A stretch of DNA of 26,802 bases from Patellaria atrata CBS 101060 (Eukaryota), in contig MU006124.1 of the NCBI GenBank assembly GCA_010093705.1, forward strand, positions 62,001 to 88,802, in the 5' to 3' direction. Shown here in pieces: positions 1-12,600 of the stretch. The position numbers and the translations under genes were made by a program. Position 1 is the first letter of the stretch, and the number at the start of each line of letters is the position of its first letter. Under the pieces are notes generated by a model. The model was not told where the DNA came from. It ran no database searches and saw nothing but the letters and a program-made list of their open reading frames with translations.

Positions 1-1194
1 TAAAATAAAAAAATAAATAATTAAAAGTCTAAACTAATTTATAATAAAGTATTTTTATATAAAAGTAAAATTTTTAGTTTAAAAAATATAATTTAAAAAA
101 ATAATAAATATTATTAATAAGATAATATCTAATTTATAGCTAAAACTATAAATATATTAAATAAATAAAGAAACTATAAAATATCTTTAAAATAAAATTA
201 ATAATTTAAAGAAATAAATTAAATAATCTAAATTAAACTAAAAAAGCGTCTAATTTAATAATAAATTTAATAATAAAAAACTATTAATATTATATAATTA
301 TAATAATTAAATTAAAATAGTCGATTTAATTAAAAACTTTAAAAGTAAAGATAATAATAAGATAAAGAAGTTCTTTAATTTATTAAAATTAATTAATAAT
401 AAGAAATTAATTTATAAAATATAAAAGAATAAAATAAATAATAAACTTTATATTAATAATAATTAATTTTAAAATAAAAAAGTGAAGACTATCTATATTA
501 AAATATAAATTAATAACGAGATAGCTAAATATATATACTTTTTCTTAAAATTAAAGAAGAACGATATAATCTTAATAAGATTAATAAAATTTCTAGATTA
601 AATTTATAAGAATTTAAATAGATAATTAAAAGTTAAAGATAAATTAAAGAAATTAAAATAAAATTATTTAATAAACTTTTTAAAGTTTTAGTCTATATTT
701 ATCTAACTAATTAATAAAGTTAAATTATCACGTGATTAATAGAAAAAGGAACTTTATAATAAACTTTATAATAGTCTAAAACTAATAATAATAGAAGTTA
801 TAAATAATAATAAAATTAACTTTTAAGGAATTATAATAAAGCTATAATATAAATATAAGAGTTAAAAAGATTAAATAAAGTTAATAAAGTTTATAAAAAA
901 AGTTAAAAATATAATAAATTAACTAAAATAATTTCTATCTTAATAATAATAAATAGAACTTTATATTAATTAAAAAGTAAAGAAATTATCTTATCTATAA
1001 TATTATAAATAATAAAGTAAACTATAATTATTTAAAAGTTTATAAGTAACTACTTTAATTATAATAAGATTAGATATAAAGTATTAAAATATTAAAGATT
1101 AAAGAAGATAATTAAAGTAAAGTTAATCTAGAAAAATAAGTATTAAAGTTTAAAGTTTAATTTAAGATTAAATTCGAAAAATAAGAAATTCTAA
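1..1194 (+). pseudogene. gag: gag relic of copy A1 (partial) with CX2CX4HX4C zinc knuckle
   Basis: tac ttt aat tat aat aag att aga tat aaa gta tta aaa tat at 1051-1092 de-RIPs to C-F-N-C-x-K-I-G-H-K-A-x-E-C. The frame ends tcg aaa aat aag aaa ttc taa (S-E-N-E-E-L-stop like) at 1174-1194. Confidence 0.75.
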
Positions 1195-4100
1195 ATAAAG
1201 ATTTTATATTAAAATTAATAATAAAAGTATTAATAATATTAATTAATAATCTAATATTAAAAAAACTATTCACGATATTATATTAAATTTTAAAAAATAG
1301 AATTATAATATAATTTAAGACTTTAATTAATATTAAAGCTTAAAGATATACTTTATTAAATAAGAAATAACTATTTACTCTAAAATAATATCTTAAAATT
1401 AAAGTTAAAAAGATAGACTAGAAGATTAAAATTAATATTTTTAATAATTTAAAAGTAATATTAATTAATTAAATACTTAAGATAAATTTTATAATTAAAG
1501 AATAAAGATAACTAATATCGATTATAAGAATAGATATAAACTATAATAATATATTTATAAGTAAAAAATAATTTTTTAAGACTAATAATTTACTTAATTA
1601 TAAATATTATTAAATTATTTAGCTAAAATAGACTATTATAGTTAAAAACTAATAATAAAATATTATAATTTTAAAGAGTAAGTTATAAATTTAAACTAAT
1701 TTATAGTATTAATTTAATATAAAATAATAAGATAAAGCTATTAATAAATAAGAATATAATTAATAGAAAATATTAATTAATTAAAGAAAGAAACTATAAT
1801 TATTTTAATAGAAATAATTAAGTTTATAAATTAAGAATATTAATTTTAATCTCTAAAAAATAAAATTAAAACTATCGAATTTAATAAAAAAAAAGACGCC
1901 GAAACTCTTTAAAAAGTTAAAGTTAAAGTTAAGTAAATAGATTAATATTACTAAGATTTATATAAATATTTATTTAATTAATAGAGAAAATTACCTAAAA
2001 AATATAAAATATAAAGATATTATTATAAATATTATAAGTTTATATAAGATTAACTTTTTAATATAAAATTAACTTTTAAAAGATAAAAACTCTTTAAATA
2101 AAGATAAAAACACTTATAAAATAATAATCTATAAAAAATTATTTAAGAAATATTATTATTTAGTCTATATATTCTCGAAATTTATATTTAATAAATTATT
2201 ATCGTTTAAAGAAGATATAAATTATAATATAATATTAAATTAAAATAGTAATCTTATTATTAATCTTTTATATAATATATTTATCGAATACTTATAACTA
2301 GTAAAAAACTATTTAAAGAAATATCTTTAAAAGAGATTTATCGTTTTAAGCGAGATATTATACACATTTTTAGTATTATTTATTAAGAAGTTAAAGGGAG
2401 ATTAAAGATTTTATATTAACTATAAAAAGTTAAATAATATTATTAAAAAGAATAAATATCTATTACTTTTAATTAAAGAAAGATTAACACGTTTTTAATA
2501 AATAAAGATATTTATAAAATTTAATATAAGATAAATATTCTATTAAATTTAAATAAAGAAGTTAACTAAAAATCTTACTATCTTTTAAATAAGATATAAA
2601 TTATTTAAGTATAAAGTATTATCTTTTAAATTATATAATAATTTAACCTTATTTTAATAATTTATTAATAAGGTATTTTTCTAGTATTTAAATAACTTTT
2701 ATATAATATATATTAATAATATATTAATTTATTTTAAATATTTATTAAAGTATTAAATCTATATCACGAAAATATTAAAAGTATTAACTAAAACTAGTCT
2801 ATAAACTAATATTAAAAAAAGTAAGTTTTATATAATAAAGATAAAGTTTCTCGACTTTATTATTAATATCGATAGAATAGCGATAAATCTAAAAAAGATT
2901 AAAATAATCTAAAATTAGAAGTTATTAATAAATATAAAAAGAATTTTATTATTTAATAAATTTTATAACTTCTATTAAAAGTTTTTAAAGAAATTTAGAT
3001 AAGTTATATAACTATTAACGATATAAATATAAAAAGGGGTTTAAAAACCACTTAAATAGAAAGAAGAAAAAATATTTAAAAAAGTAAAAAAGTTAATTCT
3101 ATTAAATTAAATATTAATATATTATAATTTTCTACTTAAAATAAAAGTTAAATTCGATTATAATAATAGGATTATTATAATAGTTATATTATAGCTTTAT
3201 AAATATATTTAAAAACTAATTATCTTCTAAATTAAGATATTATTAAAGATAAAATTAAGATATAAAATCTATAATAAAGAAATACTAGTTATAATAAAAG
3301 TATTAATTAAATAAAGAAGTATATTAATAAAACTATAATAAGTTTCTTTTACTATAATTATTAATTATAAAGAATTAAAATACTTTATTATAAAATAATT
3401 ACTTAATATTAAATAAATTTAATAAAGTAAAACTTTTTCTAATTTCTATTTTTAAATTATATATTAGTTTAAAGTCTAAAATATTATAATAAATATATTC
3501 TCTTATAAATAAGAAAATCTAAAGATAATAAAAGATAAAAATATTATAATATAAATTTAGATATTAATTAATTTAAATATAATAATAATATCTTTTTAAC
3601 TTTTAATAAAATAATAATTACTATTTAAGAAAATATCTTAAAGTAGTAAAAAATATATAGTCTTTAAAAAGAAAGTAGTAAAAAAGTATATTTTAAAGTT
3701 AAAGTTTAAAACTTAGGTGATAATAATTAAGATAATAATAATTAAATCTTTATAAAGAATAGAGAAAGTTAAAACTTAGAATTAAAAGTTTATAATAATT
3801 AAAACTTTAAAAAAAAGAAATAATATATTAAAGAAATATATTAATTTTAACTTTAAATTAAGACTTATATTTATTTACTCTATAATTTCCACTATAACTA
3901 AAAAAGAAAAGGAAGTTAAATATAAAATAAAAAAAAGGAAAGATATATCTATAAATTTAAAATAATATATTTAAAATAAACTTAATTAAAAATAAAAGCT
4001 ACTAATAATATACTTATTAATAGATTAAATATTAGAAATAAACCGAAAATATAACTTTTTATTAATATATTAAAAGTAAGTTAAAGTTAAAGAAAAGTAT

Positions 4101-4939
4101 TAAGAATTATAAAATAGCTTATTTATTAAATTTAATAAACTTATAATTTTAGACGTAAATAATCTTAAAATATATTTAATATAAGATATATATAATATAT
4201 TAGTTATAGAAAATTTAGAAATTAAGAAAATAAAAAAATTAATTTAAACGTAATATTATTAACTTAAATTAGTAATTAATATAGATAAATATATCTAGAA
4301 CTATTATATCTATTATTAAATATATATATTAAGAGATAAAATCTTTAATTTATTAAAATTATTATTAATCGAAGATAAATATTAATAATATATTATCTTT
4401 AATTTTAAATTATTTTCTAAAGATATATATAAATTTAAAATAATATTTATAATAATAAATCGACTAGAAAAAAAAATAATCTCACTTCTCTATATTAAAG
4501 ATATTTTAGTTAAGATAGTTATAAAGCTATACTATAAATATATATAACGGATATATAATATATTAAAGATAATAATATTAGATTATAATTTATAATTTAT
4601 TTCTATATTTATAGATAAGCTTTATAAATTAATAAAAATAAAATAAAAACTATTTATAATTTATTATTTATAAATAAATAAAAATATAAAGATTATTAAT
4701 TAATATATAAATTTATAGCTTTAGCTCTTTATAAACTATTATTAAAGTAATTAGTTAAAACTATTATTTATAATAGACTTTATCTAAATTATATTAGTTT
4801 ATAAATTAATAAGTATTTCTCTTTATAAACTAAAATTTAGTTATTAACTATAAATATATTTTAACTAATAAAAGCGGATAAATTTTAATATATATAAAAT
4901 AGTTTAAGAAAAGATAAATAAAGAGGAAGCTTAATTATT
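1176..4939 (+). pseudogene. pol: pol relic of copy A1 (PR-RT-RH-INT, truncated before GPY/chromodomain)
   Basis: The protease motif is in the -1 frame relative to gag. RT, RNase H and integrase motifs are recognisable after de-RIP. Similarity to copy A2 stops abruptly at ~4939. Confidence 0.85.
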
Positions 4940-6594
4940 ATAAATTTAAATTATATTTTTAAACTTTTATATAATTTAATAATATTAATTTAAAAAGTAA
5001 TAATATTATTATATTTTTATTAAATTTTCTTTTATTATTTAATAAATTTATTATATTTAACTTTAAAATTTTTATTAAATTTTTAATTATTTCTTAATTT
5101 TATAATTATATTTATTAATTAATTATATATCTTAAATAATATACTTTTATTTAAAGTTTAATTTTTAATTATAATCTATATTTTAAAAAATTAAAAGTTA
5201 AAATCTTTATTAATAATATTAAAAAATTTTTTATTATTTTTTATTTTATTTATAATCTTATTTTTATATTTAATAATAATTAAATCTTTTATAATATAAT
5301 TTAAAATAAAATAATATTTATATTTTAAAAGTTTAAATAATTTAAAATATTTTATATTATTTTATTTTTAATTATTTATTAAAATATTATCTTTTTTATT
5401 TTTATTTAAATTTTTATTTAAATTTAAATTATTATCTTTATTATTAATTTTAATTAATTTAGAAGAATTTATTATTAATTTCTAATTTATAAATATTATA
5501 AAATTATTAAATATTTATTTTTTTTATTTTATTAAAATTTATAATAAATTTATTTATTATAAATATATTAATTATTTTAATTTTACTTTTTAAAGTTTAT
5601 TTTTATATATAATATTTTAAAATAAATCTATTATATATATTAATTATATTAATTATATATTTTATTTATTTTATTTTATTAATTTAATATTTACTCTTTT
5701 AATTATAATTTTATCTTATTAATTTAATAATATATTTATAATATTAAAATTAATATTTTTTTTTAAAAAATATTAATTTTAATAAAATTATAAAGATTTT
5801 TCTTTTAATTTTTAATATTTTTTTAATAAATAATTATATTTTATAATTTTATAATATTTATTTATTATCTTTAAATTTAATTAATATTTTATTATAATTT
5901 AATAATAAAATAATAATCTTTATTATTATTTTTAATTTTATTATTATTAACTTTAATAATTTATTATTTTTATATTAATATTTAATATAAATATTAAAAT
6001 TTATTTCGATAAAAAGTTTTAATTTTATTTTTAATAATAAATTAAATTTATATTATAATTATCTTTTATTATAACTTTTTTATATTTTATTTTTATTAAA
6101 GTAATATTAATTTTTAATTTATAATTAATATAATATTTTATTTTTAAGATAATATTAATTTTTAATTTATAGTTAATATAATATTTTATTTTTAATAAAA
6201 TAATATTAATTCTTAATTTATAATTAATATAATATTTTATTTTTAAAAAATATTAATTTTTAATTTATAATTAATATAATATTTTCTTTAAAAAAAAATT
6301 ATAGAAAAATATTAATAAATTTATTTTATTATTAAAAATTTTAATATAATTTAAAGATATATTAATATAATAAATAAATTAATAATATTAAATATTAATA
6401 AATATATTAAAATTAATTATTTATAAATTATAAATAATTATTAATATAATTATTATATTAAAAAATTTTATTTAATAAAATAAAATTATATAATTATAAA
6501 ATATATATATATTAATATTAAATTATAATAAAAAGATTTTTTTTATAAATATTAATTTAATAATTTATTTTAAAATTAATTATTTAAAAATATA
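4940..6594. other. Unclassified, extremely degraded RIP relic (left flank of the A2 insertion; continues at 20640)
   Basis: Visibly lower G+C than the Gypsy copies, with no motif I could recover. It is joined to 20640 onward by the ATTTA TSD of A2. Confidence 0.6.
6102..6285. repeat. Minisatellite, ~4 copies of a ~48-51 bp unit
   Basis: Unit taatattaatttttaatttataattaatataatattttatttttaa starts at about 6102, 6150, 6201 and 6248. Confidence 0.85.
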
Positions 6595-6599
6595 ATTTA

Positions 6600-6871
6600 T
6601 ATAATAATATAATATAATTATAATAATTATATTTTAATTATCTTTATTATTAATTATTAAGTATAAAGATTAAATTAAGAAATAATAATATTATAAATTA
6701 AATATTTATATATAATAGTTCTATTTTATTAAATTTTAATTTAATTATTTTCTATTTAATTAATTAATACTTAAAAATCTTTTTTATATTTAATTTAATA
6801 AAGATTTTTTATAAATAAATTAAATATTTAATATAAAAAATATAGAATTAATATTATAATATATTATTATA
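6600..6871 (-). repeat. 3' LTR of A2 (272 bp)
   Basis: Matches 20363-20634 with transition differences. The TA...TA ends fit RIP'd TG...CA, and a polypurine tract is adjacent. Confidence 0.92.
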
Positions 6872-6885
6872 TTATTTTTCTTTAA
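6872..6885 (-). promoter_or_regulatory. Polypurine tract (PPT) of A2
   Basis: The minus strand reads tttaaagaaaaataa immediately before the 3' LTR. Confidence 0.65.
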
Positions 6886-6949
6886 ATAGTAGAAATTAGC
6901 TCTAATTTTTATAATAATATTAATAATATTTTAGGGTTATAATTTATTA

Positions 6950-7770
6950 GTTATTTATAATATTTTAAAATTTATATAAATTCTTTCTTTTTAATTATAT
7001 TATTATTATTATATAGCTTTACTTTTATCTTAAATTTAAAAGTTTAAAGTTATTTTTTAAGTTAAATTAATAATTTAATATTAGTTAATCTTTAATTATA
7101 AAATTTTTTAAGTTTATATAATATTTTAATAAAGTTATAAGCTAAATATTATATTTTATTAAAATTATATTTAATTTAATTTACTTTATATTATAATTTA
7201 TTATAAAAGATATAATTTACTAAAATTTTATCTACTTTATATTTAAACTTATTATCTATTTTAATTAACGGTAATAATTTTAATTATTATCTAAATAATA
7301 GATTTATTAATACTTTATAAAGTTTATCTATATAAAATATATTTAATATCTTTATATTAATAGATAAATCGATTATATAAAAGTATTTCTTTATTTCTAT
7401 TATTTTATATAAACTTATATTTTAATAATTTAGTTTAATACTTAATCTATCTAATATTTAATCTTTATATAAGATAAAGATATAATCTTTTAATTTAAAA
7501 TCTAATTCTCTTTAATATTTATTAATCGATTTTATTTATATTATTTATATCTTTTCTAAATTATTTCTCGTCTATTTAATAATATTATAAATATATTTCG
7601 TAAATAATTAAGTTTTCTTTCTATTTATTTTTTCTCGAATTATCTTATATATATTAAGATTTATCTACTTTTATTAATTAAAATATATTTATAGTTAATA
7701 ATTAAATTCTAATTTATAAGAGAAAATATCTATTAATTTATAAATTAATATAATTTAAATAAAGTTTATT
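6950..7770 (-). pseudogene. pol: 3' end of A2 pol: integrase C-terminus, GPY motif and chromodomain (~7095-7245)
   Basis: De-RIP reading RPS.KLDHQNAGPYKI (~7400-7450) and EYEVDEILASRIFYGKLQYKV.WIGYDPD.TWYPA.NF (~7245-7130). Confidence 0.8.
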
Positions 7771-8397
7771 TATTATAATAAAAGTTTATATTTATTAAAA
7801 TAAAGTTAAATAAATTTAGAAATATATTTAATTTTTTACTTAATATAATTAACTATAAAGATAGATTTAATAAAGTGATAAAATTTATATAATAAAGATA
7901 TTTTAAATTATTAATATAATTTATTAACTTTTTAACTTTAAATAATACTTATAATAAGATAAAATATATTATATAAAAATAATATAATAAATAAAGTTAA
8001 ATTTAAAACTATAATATTTAAATTTATAAATAAGATTAATAATAAAAATAACTATAAAGAATCTAAATATATAAAAGAAAGATTATTTTTAAATATTTTT
8101 ATTTTTTATAGTTAATTTAATTATCTATACTTTAATTATTTTAATCGTTTAATTATTTAATTATTTCTTTTATAATTAAAATATCTATATATCTAAATAT
8201 TTAAATTATATAATATTTTTAATTATTTTAATTATTTAATTATTTAATTATTTCTTTTATAACTAAAATATCTATATATTTAAATATTTATATTATATAA
8301 CTTATTATTACTTATTTTATCTATAATTCTTTTAAGTAATCTTTCTTTCTTTCTTTTACTTATTATCTATATATTTCTATAATTTATAATTATAATA
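7771..8397 (-). repeat. 3' LTR of element B (627 bp)
   Basis: Direct repeat of 14673-15299. The ends tattata...tataata fit RIP'd TG...CA termini. Confidence 0.92.
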
Positions 8398-8413
8398 TTA
8401 TTTTCTTTCTTCT
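8398..8413 (-). promoter_or_regulatory. Polypurine tract (PPT) of element B
   Basis: The minus strand reads agaagaaagaaaataa immediately before the 3' LTR. Confidence 0.7.
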
Positions 8414-8999
8414 TAACTTTTATTTTAAAAGTTTATTTCTTTTACTTAAATATATAATAGATATATTATTTATCTATTAAATTATATATATTTCTTTTTT
8501 CTTTCTTTCGAGATATTAAAAGTTAAATCCCGTCTAATTTATCGTTAATATTATATTATCTATATTATTTTATATAATTATTTTATATTAACTTTTTATT
8601 TTATATTATATTATTTCTTTTATTTTTATATTATTAATATTCTTTCTAATTTCTATTTTAAGTGTCTTATTTATAATTTAAAATATAATCTTATAATAAT
8701 ATAGAAAGATTAGAATAAACTTAATACTTTAAAAATAAAGTTTTATTTTAAATTTAATATTACTAAAAAAATTAAGAAGAAAATTATTTATCTTTATAAG
8801 AAAATAGTTTTAAAGATAATATATCTTTAATAAAAGATAATTTATATTTAATATAAAGCGATTTATATTACTTATATTTATTTTTATTAACTTTATTATA
8901 AGCTTCTTTTATTTAAATATAAGAAGATAAAGATATTTTATTATAAGTTTAATTTTATTAAAAAATTTAAGACCTTAAAATAAATAATTAAAGAATAAT

Positions 9000-11900
9000 A
9001 AATTTCTTTAATTACTTCTTTTTTCTTTATTATTATATCTTCTTTTAATTAGTCTAGTTTAGATTTCTCTATTTTTAAGAGTTTAAAATTCTCTAATTTT
9101 AATAATAAAACTATTTAAGTTTTTAATTATAGTTTATTAAATATTTAAATAATTTCTATATATTATTTATATATTTATAGCCTTTCTATTTTACTAAATA
9201 TTTATATTAACTATTTACTTATTATAAATCTAGAATTTATTTTATTTTATAAATATCTTCTTCTTTAAATTTTATAAATTATATTTAAAGTTTAATATTA
9301 ATATATATTAGTTCTAAAAGTAATATATAAAAAATTAAATATATTTTCATTTCTTATAATAATTTTAATATATAATTAACTTTTCCTTTAATTTATTTAA
9401 TTTTAAAAAGACTAATTTTCTTATAATTTAATTTCTTATTAAATTATTTTATTTTAAGATTTTTTTATAATAAATAAACTTTATTCTCTCTTTTAAAAAT
9501 TAGTTTTAATAATTTATATTAATTATTATATTTTATAGTTCTTATTATTTAGAAAGTTATATTTTATAATAATTATATATATAATTTCTTAATTTACTTA
9601 GCTTTTAACATTATTTCTTATAAAATACTTTAAATTATTTTTAGTTTATAATATACTTTTAATTCGAAACTATAGTTTATATAAAAGGGTAAAATCTTTA
9701 TAATATCGAATTTCGTGTTATTATATATAAATTATATTATTAATAGTAATTTTATCTAATTATTTTATTAATAATTTATATAATTATATAAATATTATTT
9801 TAAAGATTAATTTATTCTCTTAATTTAACTATCTATTTATAGATAAAAGCTAATTAATAACTTATAATTTATCTTTAAACTTTATATTAAAGTTTATTAG
9901 AATATTAATTTAAATAATTTATCTTTATTTAAGATAATTTCTCTCGATATTTAATAATTTATTAATATTATTTTTAATATTAATATTACTATTTATAATA
10001 CTATTATTATCGTTTTTATTAATATAAAATAGATAAATTTTATTAACTATTCTATAATAATTAATATTATATTATATTTTATTTTTATTATTAAATCTTT
10101 AGATTCTAATAAATTTATAATAAAATCTATTATTATTAAATTTTATACTTATTTTAATAGTTTAATATATTATATTTATCTATAAAATATATATTTTATA
10201 CTTTTATTTTATATATAATTATTATATTTTAAGATAATTTACTTTATTATACTCTTTATTTTTAGAAAATAATAATTTCTTAAAATTCTTTTTAAGATTT
10301 TATTAATACTTTAATAATTATATATTAATACTTTATAAATTTCTTTAATAAAAATCTTTTATAATATTATTAATATATATATAAGTTTATTATATAATTA
10401 TATCTTTTAAGCTATTTTTATTATTTTAAAATTATTATTCTTTTTAAACTTATCTATTATATTATCTTTTTAATAAGTATTACGAATTTATTATTCTTTT
10501 ATAAATTCGATTATTAGTATTATAGTTAATCTTAATTAATTATAGATAATCGCGTTATTTTCTCTTTTTAATATTATATTATATATTAATTTTATTTTTT
10601 CTAAATAGTTAAATCTTTTATTTATAATATTAGTTAATTTATTTTTAACTTCTAATCTATAGAATATTTTAAAGTTAAAAGATATAAATATTTCTATTTA
10701 TCTCACTTATCTTTAATTTAATTTCTTTATTATAAGAAAATTTATTAAATTTTAATAGTTTAACTAAACTTTTATAATATATTTAAATTCTTTAAAATAT
10801 AATCTCTACTATTTAAATATATCGATAATTACTAATAATTCTTTATTATATATATTATAATTTAATTTTATAGTTATAAACTTCTATAAATAAAAGATTA
10901 TTAAATATATTCGTTATTTTTTATTTAATTAACTTATATATATATTTAATATATAATCTAATATATTAATTTTAAATATAATCTCTTTTTTTAAATTAAA
11001 TATAATTAAGATAAATATTATAATAAATTTTTTCTTAAATTTATTAAATATTTTCTATACTTTCTTTATTTAAATAAAGATATTTCTCTTTTTTATTAGT
11101 TTTAATAATAATATTATTATTTTTAAGTATTCTTAAATAAACTTTCTATAATAGTTTATAAAATTTAAAAATAATTATATATCTTTTATACTTTTTAAAG
11201 TAGGTTATTTTATTACTATTTCTATTTTTTTTAAGTTTATTTATACTTTTTCTATAATAATAATAAAGCCTAAAAATTCTATTTTCTTAATAAAAAATTT
11301 ATATTTATTTAAATATATTAAGAGTCTCTTTTCTCGTAATTTTATTAATATTTTCTTTATATACTCTCTATATTTCTTAAATATTCTATTTATATATATT
11401 AGTATATTATCTAGATAAATAGTTATAAATATATCTAAATATTCTTATAATATATAATTAATTATTATTTAAAATATTATTAGAATATTAATTAAGTTAA
11501 ATAATATTATTATATATTTATATAATTTAAATCTTATTTTTATAATTATCTTTTATTCTTTATTTTCTTTTATTTTAATTTAATAGTAACTTTCTTAAAT
11601 ATCGAATTTTATAAACTATTTTACTCCTTATAATCTATTTTAGATTTTTAAGATTAAGAATAATAGATATCTATTCTTAATTATAGTATTATTTAATTAT
11701 TTATAATTAATATATAATTTTAACTTACTATTCTTTTTTAATATAAATAGAATTAATAAAGTTATTAAACTTTTATTAAATTATATATATCTCTTTTCTA
11801 AGTTAATATAGATATATTTTTTAAATACTATATATTATTCTTATAATAATAAATAGATAAGATTAAATTATAATTTTATATTTTTCTTTAATATTATCTT

Positions 11901-12600
11901 ATAATCTTATATTTAATAGTTTAGAAATATAGTTATTATATTTTTCTTAAATAAATCTTTAAACTTATTATATTTTTCGGATATTTTAAATTCTTTAAAA
12001 ATCTTTTTAATATTTATTTTTCTAAATTATATTATTTTTATATTTTTAGATTTACTTCTATAAATCTTTATTATCTTATAATATAAAATATATTTTATAA
12101 ATATATTAATATTTATCTATTTAATATATCTTATTTATTTAACTTTATTCTTTTTTAAGATATTTTAATTAATTTAAATACTTCTTATCTTCTAATTAAT
12201 ATTTAAATTTATTATTTATAATTAATCTATTTTTAAAATTATATCTATATCTCTTAAATTAATTATAAAAATATATTAAATAGTTATCTTCTTTTATATA
12301 TTAACTTTTATTAATATAGTTTTAAAGTTAATTAGATTTTATTTATATTCTATTTCTTTATTATTTTTCTAGTTATAACGGGACTAAATTCTTAAATTTA
12401 ATATAAAGTATATTTCTTTTCTCTATTTATTAAAATAAAATAAATAAATTAATAATATTATTATTAACTAGTATTATCGTTCTTTTACTATATATAGTAA
12501 TATTTATTTAAAGTATTCTATTATTACTTTATAAAATTCTAAGAAATTTAGAAGTTATACTTTTTAATTATTTTTATTTTAAGTAATTTAATAGTTTTTT
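9000..12600 (-). pseudogene. pol: pol relic of element B (PR-RT-RH-INT-chromodomain)
   Basis: De-RIP readings include RTTALVDSGA, ILGMDWL...NPDIDW, LRLCVDYRQLN, VMPFGLTNAPATFQ, YLDDILIY, H-x6-H...C-x2-C, WDFIVKLP and YEVERILD...YLVKWKGY...NTWEP. There is one apparent 1-nt homopolymer indel at 12364-12368. Confidence 0.88.

Larger units (their letters stand above)
1..4939 (+). mobile_element. Ty3/Gypsy LTR retrotransposon family A, copy A1 (5' part outside window, 3'-truncated within integrase), RIP-inactivated
   Basis: De-RIP reading gives domain order gag CCHC (1051-1092), protease ALIDTGA-like (1320-1340), RT (F.C.DYRKLN ~2408; YIDD 2709-2720), RNase H (YEIHDKEML ~3261), integrase HHCC (~4190-4315) and core. 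It is the reverse complement of 15300-19842 and 7603-7770. Confidence 0.92.

Noticed and set aside
6009..6032. ~24-bp inverted match to ~23649-23672 suggesting terminal inverted repeats of the host relic
   Set aside because: It does not extend cleanly, and such matches are expected by chance in near two-letter sequence.
6102..6285. CRISPR-like array
   Set aside because: The units are contiguous with no unique spacers, the context is eukaryotic, and there are no cas genes.
6931..6936. TTAGGG telomere motif
   Set aside because: Single copy, inside the 3' internal region of A2.
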